DNA of 64,000 nt from a virus (IMGVR_UViG_3300029266_000670:4806-68805), one strand, 5' to 3'. Counted from the stretch's first letter, positions 52,406-60,828 are shown. Program-made: numbers and translations. Notes: generated by a model from the letters alone, not told the origin.

Positions 52406-54676
52406 ATGGCTGTTGACGATAGCGTACTCATAATTGAAGGATCGACTGCGGAAAGAATTGCTACAGACTTTGTTACTGCTGGCAGCACATCCGCACACTA
52501 TCAGTACATGAAGGTTGCATGGGGAGCAGACGGAACCGCAACTCCCGTTAGTGCTGCTACAGGAACTCACCTTCCTGTTCAATTATACATTGGCGGCAGT
52601 GCGATAACATCTACTAGTAATGCACTTGATGTAAATCTAAAAACTTCTTCCATTAGCGTAACTACTGATCTTGGAGTCAGAGGACTCACTGCGGAGTATA
52701 CCGCCGGCGGTGGAACCTATAGTGGCGACATTGTAGGTGTTACTGGTGAAGTAACGATCACTGATACTGTAACCGTCAAGGGAAGTGGTAAGTCTGCCGA
52801 TGTATTATATGTCTCTGGATACGGAGGAATGACTGCTGTTGAAGTTTCTGCAATTGACTTTGACATTAGAGGGTTGACGGCCACCTACACCGCAGGTGGC
52901 GGAACCTATAGTGGTGATATTGTAGGTGTTACTGGTGAAGTAAGTGCCAATATTGTAGCCAGTGGTGTCACTCTTGGAATAACTTTTGACACTGCAACCA
53001 CATTCCCAATTACCACTGGTACTTTGGGTGTAACATGGGACGCTGGAACACAATTAGATGCCAACATAACGAACACTGATTTGGATATTCGTGGACTGTC
53101 TATGGGTGTTCACGGTAGCACAGCGATGCACGTTGCTGCAAGCACCGACACAGTTATAGTTCAAGGTGTAACAAACGCCTATCCAGTAGCGGTTCACTTA
53201 ACGGGTATATCAGGAGACGGAAATCAATATCCAGTAGGAATTTCTGGAGATGAACTTAAAGTTTCATTCGCTAACGGAACCGTTAGTGCTACCATAACCG
53301 ACACAGATATAAACCTTGCTACTGTTGCAAATGGTGTAACTATCGGTATAACTTTCGATGACGGAACTATATTCCCCATATCCACTGGTGCCACATTAGG
53401 AATTACATGGGATGCAACTTCAGAGATAGACGCCAATATAACCAACGCATCTATTGCTGTTACCTCCACGGATCTAGATATTCGAGCGTTGAACTCCGCC
53501 GATAAAATTACCGCTATGGGATTCAGTGGTCCAGCAGGACTATCTGCAATGCCTGCAATTTTATATGGTGGTGTTGCTACATCACATCCAAGACCGTTAG
53601 GTGTGACCATAGGTAAAGAACAGGTAAGTGGTATAACAACTGAACTTCTCCATGTTCGTGTCGAGGGTTCTGGTATCACCAATGTAACTGCTCTACAAGT
53701 TCAAGGAAGAAATGATGGACTTACCCTGTTCCCAGTCTCCATCATAGGAACCACGGGCAAAGGCGGACATGAACTAGGTGTAACATGGGATCAGTCAGGA
53801 ATCCAAACCGTCGTAGGAGCAGGAGTAACCGCACACAACTCTCCGTATGTAAATAGTCTCCTAGTCGGAGTATCTGCTCCAAATTCAATAGGAAACGAAG
53901 CGATTGTACCAGTTGGAATCTCTGGTGGCGCTCTTAATGTTAACTTAGTCAACACTGACGCAGTATCATTCAGTGCTACAGTTGATGCCAACACCACGGT
54001 TGCAAATGCAGCAAACGCAGCAATTCCAGTTCATGGTGCAACTACAGATGCTACGGCAATATATGTGTCGGGTACTGCTGGATCGACAAGTGCGTGGCCC
54101 ATCATGGTTCAGGGTTACACCACCGGAAATGGACTTGATGCCCCAATCGGCGTAACCTTTGAGTTCAAGCACGAACTAGAAGGACTCTCTGGTGGAATCA
54201 CTGCTCTGCACAATGCACTTGCAGGTGTTAGTCTTGCAATAACGTTGCAGGATGCGACGTTCACTGCAACTAACACCGAATTAGGAACTCTAAATAGCAA
54301 CATAACCACCACCAACAGCAGTCTCGATTCAATGGTATCGGCTTATGTTAACGGTGTAGTTCCAGCAACCGTTCCAGTTTCTGTTTCGGCTCCATCCAGC
54401 GTACTAACTTATCGAGTTGTTGTTACTGAGGAGATGCAACTGGCTCATGGTACTGGTACAGCAAACACAACAGCGTTTAATTCGGGAATTAGAATTAAAC
54501 TACATCAAGATGCATCTGGTCCCGTGTATGTGGGTGGTACAGATGTAACTGTGTCAAGCGGTTACATGTTAAATCCCGGAGAAGATTTGTTCATAGAACA
54601 ACAGTTCACTGATACAATAGGACTTATATGCGAAACTGGTCTAGTCAACATGAATGTTTATGTAATAGGATATTGA
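52406..54676 (+). CDS. Repetitive Gly/Thr-rich fibre-like virion protein
   Basis: HYQYMKVAWGADG N-terminus; LDIRGL/GVT repeats; C-terminal VYVG...GYML.PGEDLFIE domain. Confidence 0.6.
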   Translation: MAVDDSVLIIEGSTAERIATDFVTAGSTSAHYQYMKVAWGADGTATPVSAATGTHLPVQLYIGGSAITSTSNALDVNLKTSSISVTTDLGVRGLTAEYTAGGGTYSGDIVGVTGEVTITDTVTVKGSGKSADVLYVSGYGGMTAVEVSAIDFDIRGLTATYTAGGGTYSGDIVGVTGEVSANIVASGVTLGITFDTATTFPITTGTLGVTWDAGTQLDANITNTDLDIRGLSMGVHGSTAMHVAASTDTVIVQGVTNAYPVAVHLTGISGDGNQYPVGISGDELKVSFANGTVSATITDTDINLATVANGVTIGITFDDGTIFPISTGATLGITWDATSEIDANITNASIAVTSTDLDIRALNSADKITAMGFSGPAGLSAMPAILYGGVATSHPRPLGVTIGKEQVSGITTELLHVRVEGSGITNVTALQVQGRNDGLTLFPVSIIGTTGKGGHELGVTWDQSGIQTVVGAGVTAHNSPYVNSLLVGVSAPNSIGNEAIVPVGISGGALNVNLVNTDAVSFSATVDANTTVANAANAAIPVHGATTDATAIYVSGTAGSTSAWPIMVQGYTTGNGLDAPIGVTFEFKHELEGLSGGITALHNALAGVSLAITLQDATFTATNTELGTLNSNITTTNSSLDSMVSAYVNGVVPATVPVSVSAPSSVLTYRVVVTEEMQLAHGTGTANTTAFNSGIRIKLHQDASGPVYVGGTDVTVSSGYMLNPGEDLFIEQQFTDTIGLICETGLVNMNVYVIGY
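52678..52943 (+). repeat. Internal ~75-nt duplication (RGLTA.YTAGGGTYSGDIVGVTGEV twice)
   Basis: Copies at about 52678-52753 and 52868-52943, differing mostly at synonymous sites. Confidence 0.8.
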
Positions 54677-54679
54677 TAT

Positions 54680-57169
54680 ATGCCCCTGATTGATAAAGTT
54701 TATGATTCGGAAAACTACGGTGAATGGTATCCGTGGGGAACTGCCACAAGTCGAAATTATAGTAACACATATCCAACAGCGATTAAGTTGTTACACTCTA
54801 CTTCGGCCCAAGTGAACTTGGGGTTTAATATTGAATTAGGGACAAAGGTAAACACACAGTTACCACCGTCATCTATTGAAGCCTCTATAAAAACTTGGCC
54901 TGATGATTTAACGTCAAATGTGACGACATATAGTGACACAACCACTATATTCAGGTATAAAGTTAATGATAACAGTATTCAAATTGAAATCATGAAACCA
55001 CCGGTAAATACGGATGATCAAGCCAAATTCGAATTGTATAAAGATTCTCTTCAAAGATTATTCGAAAGAAATATAACTGATTATTTAGATTTCGGTACTA
55101 TCCTAGATGAAAGTAGTATAAACCAAGATGTCAGCAACTCTAGATATTTTGTCGAAACTTCATTCGTAGACGTAGACGACCCAGGTCCACTTACAATTAT
55201 CGATGATTCTGATAAGTACAGTATAACAGTAAGTAATTTTCGATTAATACTAAGTACCGATGTCCCTTTCACGACTAACAACACGTTTGTCGAAGGCGGT
55301 ACTATACAATGGTTACCATTCGAACACCAAATTACCGAAGATGAAATAGAATCAGATTGGTTAGTATCATCTACTGCTACTGGTAAATTTGCCGAAGAAG
55401 GTCAATATATAAAACTCCAGAAGCCGGGTTCACAACCTGCCGGATCAAATGCAGACAGAATTTTTCAAGTTGGTAGATACGTCGAATTAACTAACCCAGA
55501 TGAATCTATATCAGGACATACTGAGGTTATAAGTGTAGATGGCACTCCTCTCTCCGAAGACGTAACTCCAATAAACTACGATATTAAAAACGTATCCATG
55601 CGTCCGAAATTAAGAATTAGATATAGAATACCAGCACCGGACAATACATCTAATGTAACCGATCCGGATCGAGATGCTACCAATAAAATATTTAAATTCA
55701 GTACTGACACATCCAATAGTACTTTTGGGTATCATCATTTTTCGAACAACGGAGTTCAACCACTCAACCAATGGATTGGCGATTTAGAAAACGATCCAAA
55801 GAATTATTTTTTCGGAGATGACAACGGAAACTCTATCCTCGCTGGGTTGGGTGGGATAAGGCAACCTAACTGGGGACAGTGGCACACAGGGATAATGGAT
55901 GGTCCTAAAGCAACAGGTTTTAATGCTATCGAATTGAGTACCACTTTTGTTACAGTAGAAGGCCCAGATAAAGAAAAGAGAGTAACTCCGTGGAGAAAAG
56001 CATATAGATTCCTGAATAGATTTAAATTCAACGGAGCATCAATATCATTATTCCACCAAGCCGGCAACGGATTTCCAGATGCAGAAGGTAAAGCATTCTT
56101 TAATATGAAATATGATATTGTGTCTGGTCCGATTTCTCAAGGTCAACGGGGAATTGAATATCCATTATCATGCGTCCATAGACCCCCATGCTTATATGCA
56201 GCAGATCTCAGTGAGGAAAACGATCTCGGAAGTAATCACATAACATTAGGTCACAGCATAACAGACTCTAGTCTGGAGTCTGGTAACTGGTGGGAGGCAG
56301 ACAATCGTGACTATGATGGAAATGGAGTAACCGATCCCAGTTGGAATAGAGTCTCCGCAAAATATTACATAGAACCTGATGGGTATGGGTGGCAATTAAA
56401 AGAGCAAAATAATCCAGATTCAATAACCTTTACCCTGAATCTATCCGACGCAGGATCAAGATCAGGTTTAGGTGATTATGATTTTACGGGTTCAGTTTCG
56501 TGTACAGACATCGTAATACCAGCATACTCGGGAGAAACCCTATACCGTGAATTTACAGACAACGACCAAGGTTTTATGGTAAACAACTATGTAAATTCGG
56601 GAAGTCCAGTTGATGCTATATTCTTTGATATCAGTCAGACTGATGAAATTTTAAGAATGAGTGGGTCGGGTGGATCCATCCCTGGTCCTTCGATGGAAAG
56701 ATGGAAAGATACATTCGATGGTATCGGAGTAAGAAATAAAACAAAAAATGAATTTAAGAACTTCCCCTCATCTTCTTTCATGAAGCGTATCTCTAAAGAT
56801 TCTAATGGTGCCGATCTAGATACTAAAGAGAATTTCGTAGTAGCAGTGTACACCAATGAATCTACCAGTTGGTTAAACAATTGGGAAACTAACGACGAAA
56901 TAGAAGTAAAATTCAATTCTAAAACGGTGATAGCGGACTGGAGTAATCCTAGTCTAAATTTAGACACCGCGACGTATGTGCCTATAAGTTATAGAGATTT
57001 AGATGTTGAGTATATGGATGATATCCGAGATGAATTTACTTCATCGGCAGGAAGCATCAACGACTTCACTATAACTTCTGATGGGGAAGTAGACGGAAAT
57101 ATCACCATCGTAATAGACGGTGATATTCCAAGTAATATTAAATTACGCTACGAAGAAAGACCAGACTAG
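54680..57169 (+). CDS. Hypothetical 829-aa acidic beta-rich protein
   Basis: Long ORF coupled to the previous gene; contains a DYDGNG Ca-binding-like loop. Confidence 0.6.
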   Translation: MPLIDKVYDSENYGEWYPWGTATSRNYSNTYPTAIKLLHSTSAQVNLGFNIELGTKVNTQLPPSSIEASIKTWPDDLTSNVTTYSDTTTIFRYKVNDNSIQIEIMKPPVNTDDQAKFELYKDSLQRLFERNITDYLDFGTILDESSINQDVSNSRYFVETSFVDVDDPGPLTIIDDSDKYSITVSNFRLILSTDVPFTTNNTFVEGGTIQWLPFEHQITEDEIESDWLVSSTATGKFAEEGQYIKLQKPGSQPAGSNADRIFQVGRYVELTNPDESISGHTEVISVDGTPLSEDVTPINYDIKNVSMRPKLRIRYRIPAPDNTSNVTDPDRDATNKIFKFSTDTSNSTFGYHHFSNNGVQPLNQWIGDLENDPKNYFFGDDNGNSILAGLGGIRQPNWGQWHTGIMDGPKATGFNAIELSTTFVTVEGPDKEKRVTPWRKAYRFLNRFKFNGASISLFHQAGNGFPDAEGKAFFNMKYDIVSGPISQGQRGIEYPLSCVHRPPCLYAADLSEENDLGSNHITLGHSITDSSLESGNWWEADNRDYDGNGVTDPSWNRVSAKYYIEPDGYGWQLKEQNNPDSITFTLNLSDAGSRSGLGDYDFTGSVSCTDIVIPAYSGETLYREFTDNDQGFMVNNYVNSGSPVDAIFFDISQTDEILRMSGSGGSIPGPSMERWKDTFDGIGVRNKTKNEFKNFPSSSFMKRISKDSNGADLDTKENFVVAVYTNESTSWLNNWETNDEIEVKFNSKTVIADWSNPSLNLDTATYVPISYRDLDVEYMDDIRDEFTSSAGSINDFTITSDGEVDGNITIVIDGDIPSNIKLRYEERPD

Positions 57170-57189
57170 TCGAATCTTTCCAACTGAAT

Positions 57190-57324
57190 TCACTTATTCC
57201 AAGGAAAGAACTTTCGTACCCAATACCAAATCTTTCTACCGCATAATGCGCCTAGACCGAAGATTACCAGAGTATAAAAAGTAGTCCCAAGAATATCGGT
57301 TAAATCTAAATTTTCCATGTACAT
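57190..57324 (-). CDS. Small single-TM membrane protein (44 aa)
   Basis: Manual translation MYMENLDLTDILGTTFYTLVIFGLGALCGRKIWYWVRKFFPWNK, with AAGGA SD and an ATACATA box upstream. Confidence 0.6.
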   Translation of the reverse strand: MYMENLDLTDILGTTFYTLVIFGLGALCGRKIWYWVRKFFPWNK

Positions 57325-57361
57325 TTCCTTTCATGAAATTTCATGTCATCTAATATGTATA

Positions 57362-57456
57362 TAAAAAAACCTCGACTCAAATTTTCCTCAAGGTGGGGCG
57401 CAGAGAGAAGGCTGGGAATGCTATCAAAAACACTGCCTGCCAATTTGAGTCGAGGT
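57362..57456 (-). ncRNA. Candidate small RNA or terminator: 15-bp stem, 58-nt loop, T-run
   Basis: ACCTCGACTCAAATT (57369-83) and AATTTGAGTCGAGGT (57442-56) form a perfect inverted repeat. Confidence 0.5.
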
Positions 57457-57502
57457 GATTTTTAGTCTTGCAGGTTTCGCTTGTAGGGGAACACCATATG
57501 TA

Positions 57503-57757
57503 TCACTTCTCTTCTTCGAATCTTCCTCGAAGAATTCTAGTATCCATACGATCACGGTACTGCTTCGGATTCTCCCACAGACGAACATTGCCCATGAGAT
57601 CCACCTTGCACTTCCAGATCATACCACACATTACGAAGAAAGCAAACGACATTCCGTATTCAATCGGAATAAATCCTGCGATCATTAGAATACCAAGAAA
57701 GGCATTCAGTGTAGTCATCATCAAAAGCATAGTCATTGCGTACTGCTGTTCAAACAT
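57503..57757 (-). CDS. Hypothetical two-TM membrane protein
   Basis: Hydrophobic TTLNAFLGILMIAGFIP / MSFAFFVMCGMIW; start probably at 57757. Confidence 0.55.
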   Translation of the reverse strand: MFEQQYAMTMLLMMTTLNAFLGILMIAGFIPIEYGMSFAFFVMCGMIWKCKVDLMGNVRLWENPKQYRDRMDTRILRGRFEEEK

Positions 57758-57956
57758 TAAGTTTCTCCACCTTAAGGGCATCTTCTCTTTTTGCAAGAAG
57801 ATCGAGCCAGTGTTGCTTTTCATTATCACATTGTCTAATTCGAATCTCTGCTATATCTCTAAGGTGACTCGAAGTTAGATCATAACAAGAATGCTGTCTT
57901 ACAAATATGAGTTCTTTACCATCCCAAGTTACTTCGGACATCCATTCTGTATTCAT
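57750..57956 (-). CDS. Hypothetical protein
   Basis: 68-aa ORF overlapping both neighbours. Confidence 0.55.
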   Translation of the reverse strand: MNTEWMSEVTWDGKELIFVRQHSCYDLTSSHLRDIAEIRIRQCDNEKQHWLDLLAKREDALKVEKLNV

Positions 57957-58234
57957 TTGTGGTTCTTCCTAAACTGATTATTGTTATCATTTGCGTCCGC
58001 CGCGGCATCTTGTGCATACCACTCGGCGTAAATAATTCCTGCTTCATCTAGGCGAGTTGCCCCTTCAGGAGAGAAGGTTGCTAACTTCTCAACTTCTTCT
58101 TGTCCTTCTTTTGAGATCCACGCATCAAATTCGTAAGTAAATCGAGCAAGATCATTCTTACCCATAATCTTACCAGTGATAAAGCAGATGTCTTCTTTGA
58201 AGTCTATCCAATTTAGATTTTTATTTTTTTCCAT
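57953..58234 (-). CDS. Hypothetical protein (probable start 58234)
   Basis: The ATG sits at the predicted +1 of a consensus promoter. Confidence 0.6.
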   Translation of the reverse strand: MEKNKNLNWIDFKEDICFITGKIMGKNDLARFTYEFDAWISKEGQEEVEKLATFSPEGATRLDEAGIIYAEWYAQDAAADANDNNNQFRKNHK

Positions 58235-58240
58235 GCTCAT

Positions 58241-58269
58241 ATTATATAAACCTTCAAGAGAACTGTCAA
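58241..58269 (-). promoter_or_regulatory. Sigma70 promoter TTGACA-N17-TATAAT
   Basis: Perfect consensus. Confidence 0.8.
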
Positions 58270-58505
58270 TTAGTAAATAACGTTTTTGTACTTGCTGTGT
58301 TTGTAACAATTTTAACATCAGGAATGCCGAATATTGTCACACTTCTAGTTTCTGTTTTTGGTTGTTTAATTTTTAAGCCAGTCTGGGTAAAATTGGCATT
58401 ATGTAAACCTTCGATGTAGATTTTTACTTTATTGGTAGTGCTAGACGAAAGTTTAGTTTTCATCTGTGTATTATCCGTATCATGTATTACGATTTTATTT
58501 TTCAT
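58266..58505 (-). CDS. Hypothetical protein
   Basis: 79-aa ORF with a TAATG overlap to the upstream gene. Confidence 0.5.
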   Translation of the reverse strand: MKNKIVIHDTDNTQMKTKLSSSTTNKVKIYIEGLHNANFTQTGLKIKQPKTETRSVTIFGIPDVKIVTNTASTKTLFTN

Positions 58506-58957
58506 TACCGTGTTACATCCGAAGAAACATTAAATCGCCCTTCGACAATTCTAGAAACAGTTCCATCGGTTGCAGTTAATTCTAGATCATAGAAATGTCT
58601 ACCCTTTGGTGCATTCTTCATTGTAGTGTGGTCTGCAAGAACGAATATACCACCAGTTATTCCTGCGGTGGTTCCAGTAGAACCAGCGTTGAGGTAAATA
58701 CCACCAGATCCAGAAGTTCCATCGTATGTCGCACCAACCACATATTCACCCGTCGATCCGCCACCAGTCAGTCCTCTTTCGTAGGTGTTACCCGAAAAAT
58801 GAAGTAGAATTCCTGATGCATCGATATGTCTACGGACTTGCAGATCGGCAGTATAACCACTAAGATCAATCCCAACTGATCCTAATGTTTGATACTCTAC
58901 AAATAGTTTAAAAGATGATCCACGATCCACATTAATATCATGCTTTGCTGATGTCAT
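58505..58957 (-). CDS. Ig-like virion accessory protein (BppU/LtfC-like)
   Basis: I.VDRGSSF...IDLSGYTA..QVRR...YDLEL...G.VSRIVEG.F.V..DVTR; late box upstream. Confidence 0.65.
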   Translation of the reverse strand: MTSAKHDINVDRGSSFKLFVEYQTLGSVGIDLSGYTADLQVRRHIDASGILLHFSGNTYERGLTGGGSTGEYVVGATYDGTSGSGGIYLNAGSTGTTAGITGGIFVLADHTTMKNAPKGRHFYDLELTATDGTVSRIVEGRFNVSSDVTR

Positions 58958-58990
58958 AGTGATCTCCCTTTATTCTATTTATGTATCTAA

Positions 58991-59075
58991 TACGGCTGGT
59001 GGGACTCGAACCCACATGAGGGAAACCCTCGACAGATTTTAAGTCTGTTGCGTCTGCCAATTCCGCCACAGCCGC
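58991..59075 (-). tRNA. trnL: tRNA-Leu(TAA)
   Basis: Cloverleaf GCGGCTG...ACAGA-CTTAAAA-TCTGT, long variable arm, GGTTCGAGTCC; no encoded CCA. Confidence 0.95.
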
Positions 59076-59081
59076 TTTAGT

Positions 59082-59216
59082 TTATCGAACCTTCTTACCG
59101 TTACCTCTACGAGAAGTTTTCGCAGGAGCGTTACCCTTAGTCACCTTTGAATTTCGGGGAGATCCTGCCTTCATCATGTTATTAACGTGCTTAGATTGTG
59201 AAGAATTCTTAGCCAT
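59082..59216 (-). CDS. Small highly basic protein (44 aa)
   Basis: Manual translation MAKNSSQSKHVNNMMKAGSPRNSKVTKGNAPAKTSRRGNGKKVR, with AAGGA SD. Confidence 0.6.
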   Translation of the reverse strand: MAKNSSQSKHVNNMMKAGSPRNSKVTKGNAPAKTSRRGNGKKVR

Positions 59217-59227
59217 TGTGTTTCCTT

Positions 59228-59593
59228 TCAGAGAAGTTCTATGTCAGAGTCTGTAGTATAGTAGATTTTGTCGAATAGTGCAATAGACCAAGGTAAACAA
59301 AAACGACAAGGTTTACTTTTTCTCATTTCACCAAACCGATTAAATCTAAAATTGCAGAGTGTTAAATTATCTTTGGACCCTTTATATCGAAGAAGTGCAT
59401 CCAATTCAGAATGTACTTCATCAAATCGGTAGCCGTACTTTTTCGCCATCGGGTGTGTTCGGAACTTGTTCGTTCCAATTGAAACAATTTCATTCTTACG
59501 AACTATGATAGAAACATGCTTTTTCGGTCTCGGTATTTCTAGAGAGACGGGAAGAGCAGTATCCATAACCTTTGTCATTGTTTTACTATTCAT
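59228..59593 (-). CDS. Zn-dependent cytidine/dCMP deaminase-family protein
   Basis: Intact HSE and PCxxC (SKPCRFC) motifs. Confidence 0.85.
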   Translation of the reverse strand: MNSKTMTKVMDTALPVSLEIPRPKKHVSIIVRKNEIVSIGTNKFRTHPMAKKYGYRFDEVHSELDALLRYKGSKDNLTLCNFRFNRFGEMRKSKPCRFCLPWSIALFDKIYYTTDSDIELL

Positions 59594-59600
59594 AATTAAA

Positions 59601-59673
<73 letters not shown>

Positions 59674-59680
59674 AAAAATA

Positions 59681-59754
<74 letters not shown>

Positions 59755-59761
59755 CTAGGGT

Positions 59762-60094
59762 TTACTCAGTTAGAGTCAATGCAGGTCCACTAATAGACTG
59801 CTTAGTAGGAATTACCAAACCATTACCAAACGCAGTATTATATTCGTTGATAAGTTCGTCATGGGGCTTTACCATAAAAGGAATGAAACTTTCCTTGATA
59901 GTAATACCATCTGAGATATCAACGTAGGGCATCCAAGGCATCAATCCAATGCTGCCCTGTCCTGTTGGAAGGATAAGTGCGGGCTTCTTTAGGGTTACAG
60001 TGCGTCGATTACGAGGTACGCTACCATCTTTCGTACTCCCCACGTCAGCGATTACCTCTTCGCCGCTGTTTAGTCTTACGATCTGAATGTTCAT
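59762..60094 (-). CDS. Sm-like fold protein
   Basis: IQIVRLNSGEEVIADV...VTLKKPALI...LMPWMPY...ITIKESFI; resembles the Sm-like family of marine T4-like phages. Confidence 0.65.
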   Translation of the reverse strand: MNIQIVRLNSGEEVIADVGSTKDGSVPRNRRTVTLKKPALILPTGQGSIGLMPWMPYVDISDGITIKESFIPFMVKPHDELINEYNTAFGNGLVIPTKQSISGPALTLTE

Positions 60095-60203
60095 TCTTTT
60101 TACCTTTCTTGGATCCGAAGATCTTTTCATAATTTTCTCGATACTTATCGAGATCTACTTTTCTATATTTATCACCTTTACCGGCGCCGTGTTGTCCACC
60201 CAT
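60045..60203 (-). CDS. Small basic conserved phage protein
   Basis: GAGKGDKYRKVD..KYRENYEKIF motif; AAAGGA SD. Confidence 0.65.
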   Translation of the reverse strand: MGGQHGAGKGDKYRKVDLDKYRENYEKIFGSKKGKKNEHSDRKTKQRRRGNR

Positions 60204-60217
60204 AAATATCCTTTCAA

Positions 60218-60280
60218 AAGAAAACCGCCAACGGGAGCTCACAAGACTCTCCTCCGTATCTTGGATCTCCCGCTGGCGGT
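60218..60280 (-). terminator. Long hairpin with GGAGGAG loop followed by a T-run
   Basis: ACCGCCAGCGGGAG/CTCCCGTTGGCGGT 14-bp stem plus inner CAAGAT/GTCTTG stem. Confidence 0.6.
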
Positions 60281-60290
60281 GTTAAAATAT

Positions 60291-60481
60291 GGGACTCAGG
60301 GTTATTGTATACCTGAAGGAAGCAGCACGAACGTACAATTTCTGTAGTAATCTGCTTCCACTACTCCACACATCCCGCTAAGGATCATCTCATACAAGCA
60401 TTTCTGCATCATACGGACAGGTCGCTAAACCATTTGGAGTTTGCACTATCCCCATTCGTAGAGGATTGTTATGCGAGTCCC
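60291..60481 (-). ncRNA. Candidate multibranch structured RNA (~190 nt)
   Basis: Closing stem GGGACTC/GAGTCCC, nested ACTCCA/TGGAGT and GGAAGCAG/CTGCTTCC stems, a GAAA tetraloop; no sense ORF; promoter upstream. Confidence 0.6.
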
Positions 60482-60537
60482 GTAAGGGAGGTAATTAGTC
60501 TCCCTCACATTATTTCTTATTCACTTGTCATACGAGT

Positions 60538-60565
60538 ATTATACTCGTTGTGGTGGGTTTGTCAA
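60538..60565 (-). promoter_or_regulatory. Sigma70 promoter TTGACA-N16-TATAAT driving the ncRNA/tRNA block
   Basis: Perfect hexamers; the -10 box is embedded in a palindrome. Confidence 0.8.
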
Positions 60566-60828
60566 TCCCTAATCTTAGAAATTTCATCATGAACTTGATC
60601 TTCGATCTTACTGATCTGAGTCCAAAGTTCGTCGTGACGGGCATCACGTTCACGCTCTTCAAGATTATTTTGTGCCTCGATGGTTTCCTTTCGGAAACGA
60701 TACACAAGAATAATTCCAGTAGCGATAATCAAACCCATGAAAAGATTTGCTTGATCGGTCTGTTGTGCATAGAATGCACCAGACGCCGTAAGAAATCCAA
60801 GTGTATTAACTTCAGTATTACGAAACAT
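60562..60828 (-). CDS. Hypothetical membrane protein with coiled-coil tail
   Basis: TM segment LFMGLIIATGIILVY; GGAG SD. Confidence 0.6.
   Translation of the reverse strand: MFRNTEVNTLGFLTASGAFYAQQTDQANLFMGLIIATGIILVYRFRKETIEAQNNLEERERDARHDELWTQISKIEDQVHDEISKIRD

Noticed and set aside
52678-52943. Repeat pair as a possible DGR template/variable repeat
   Set aside because: Both copies are in frame in one gene, the differences are mostly synonymous and not adenine-specific, and there is no reverse transcriptase in the window.
60291-60481. Identification of the structured RNA as tmRNA, RNase P RNA or 6S RNA
   Set aside because: It lacks a tRNA-like T-arm/CCA end, the GAGGAAAGUCC motif and a single long-rod shape, so it was left unassigned.
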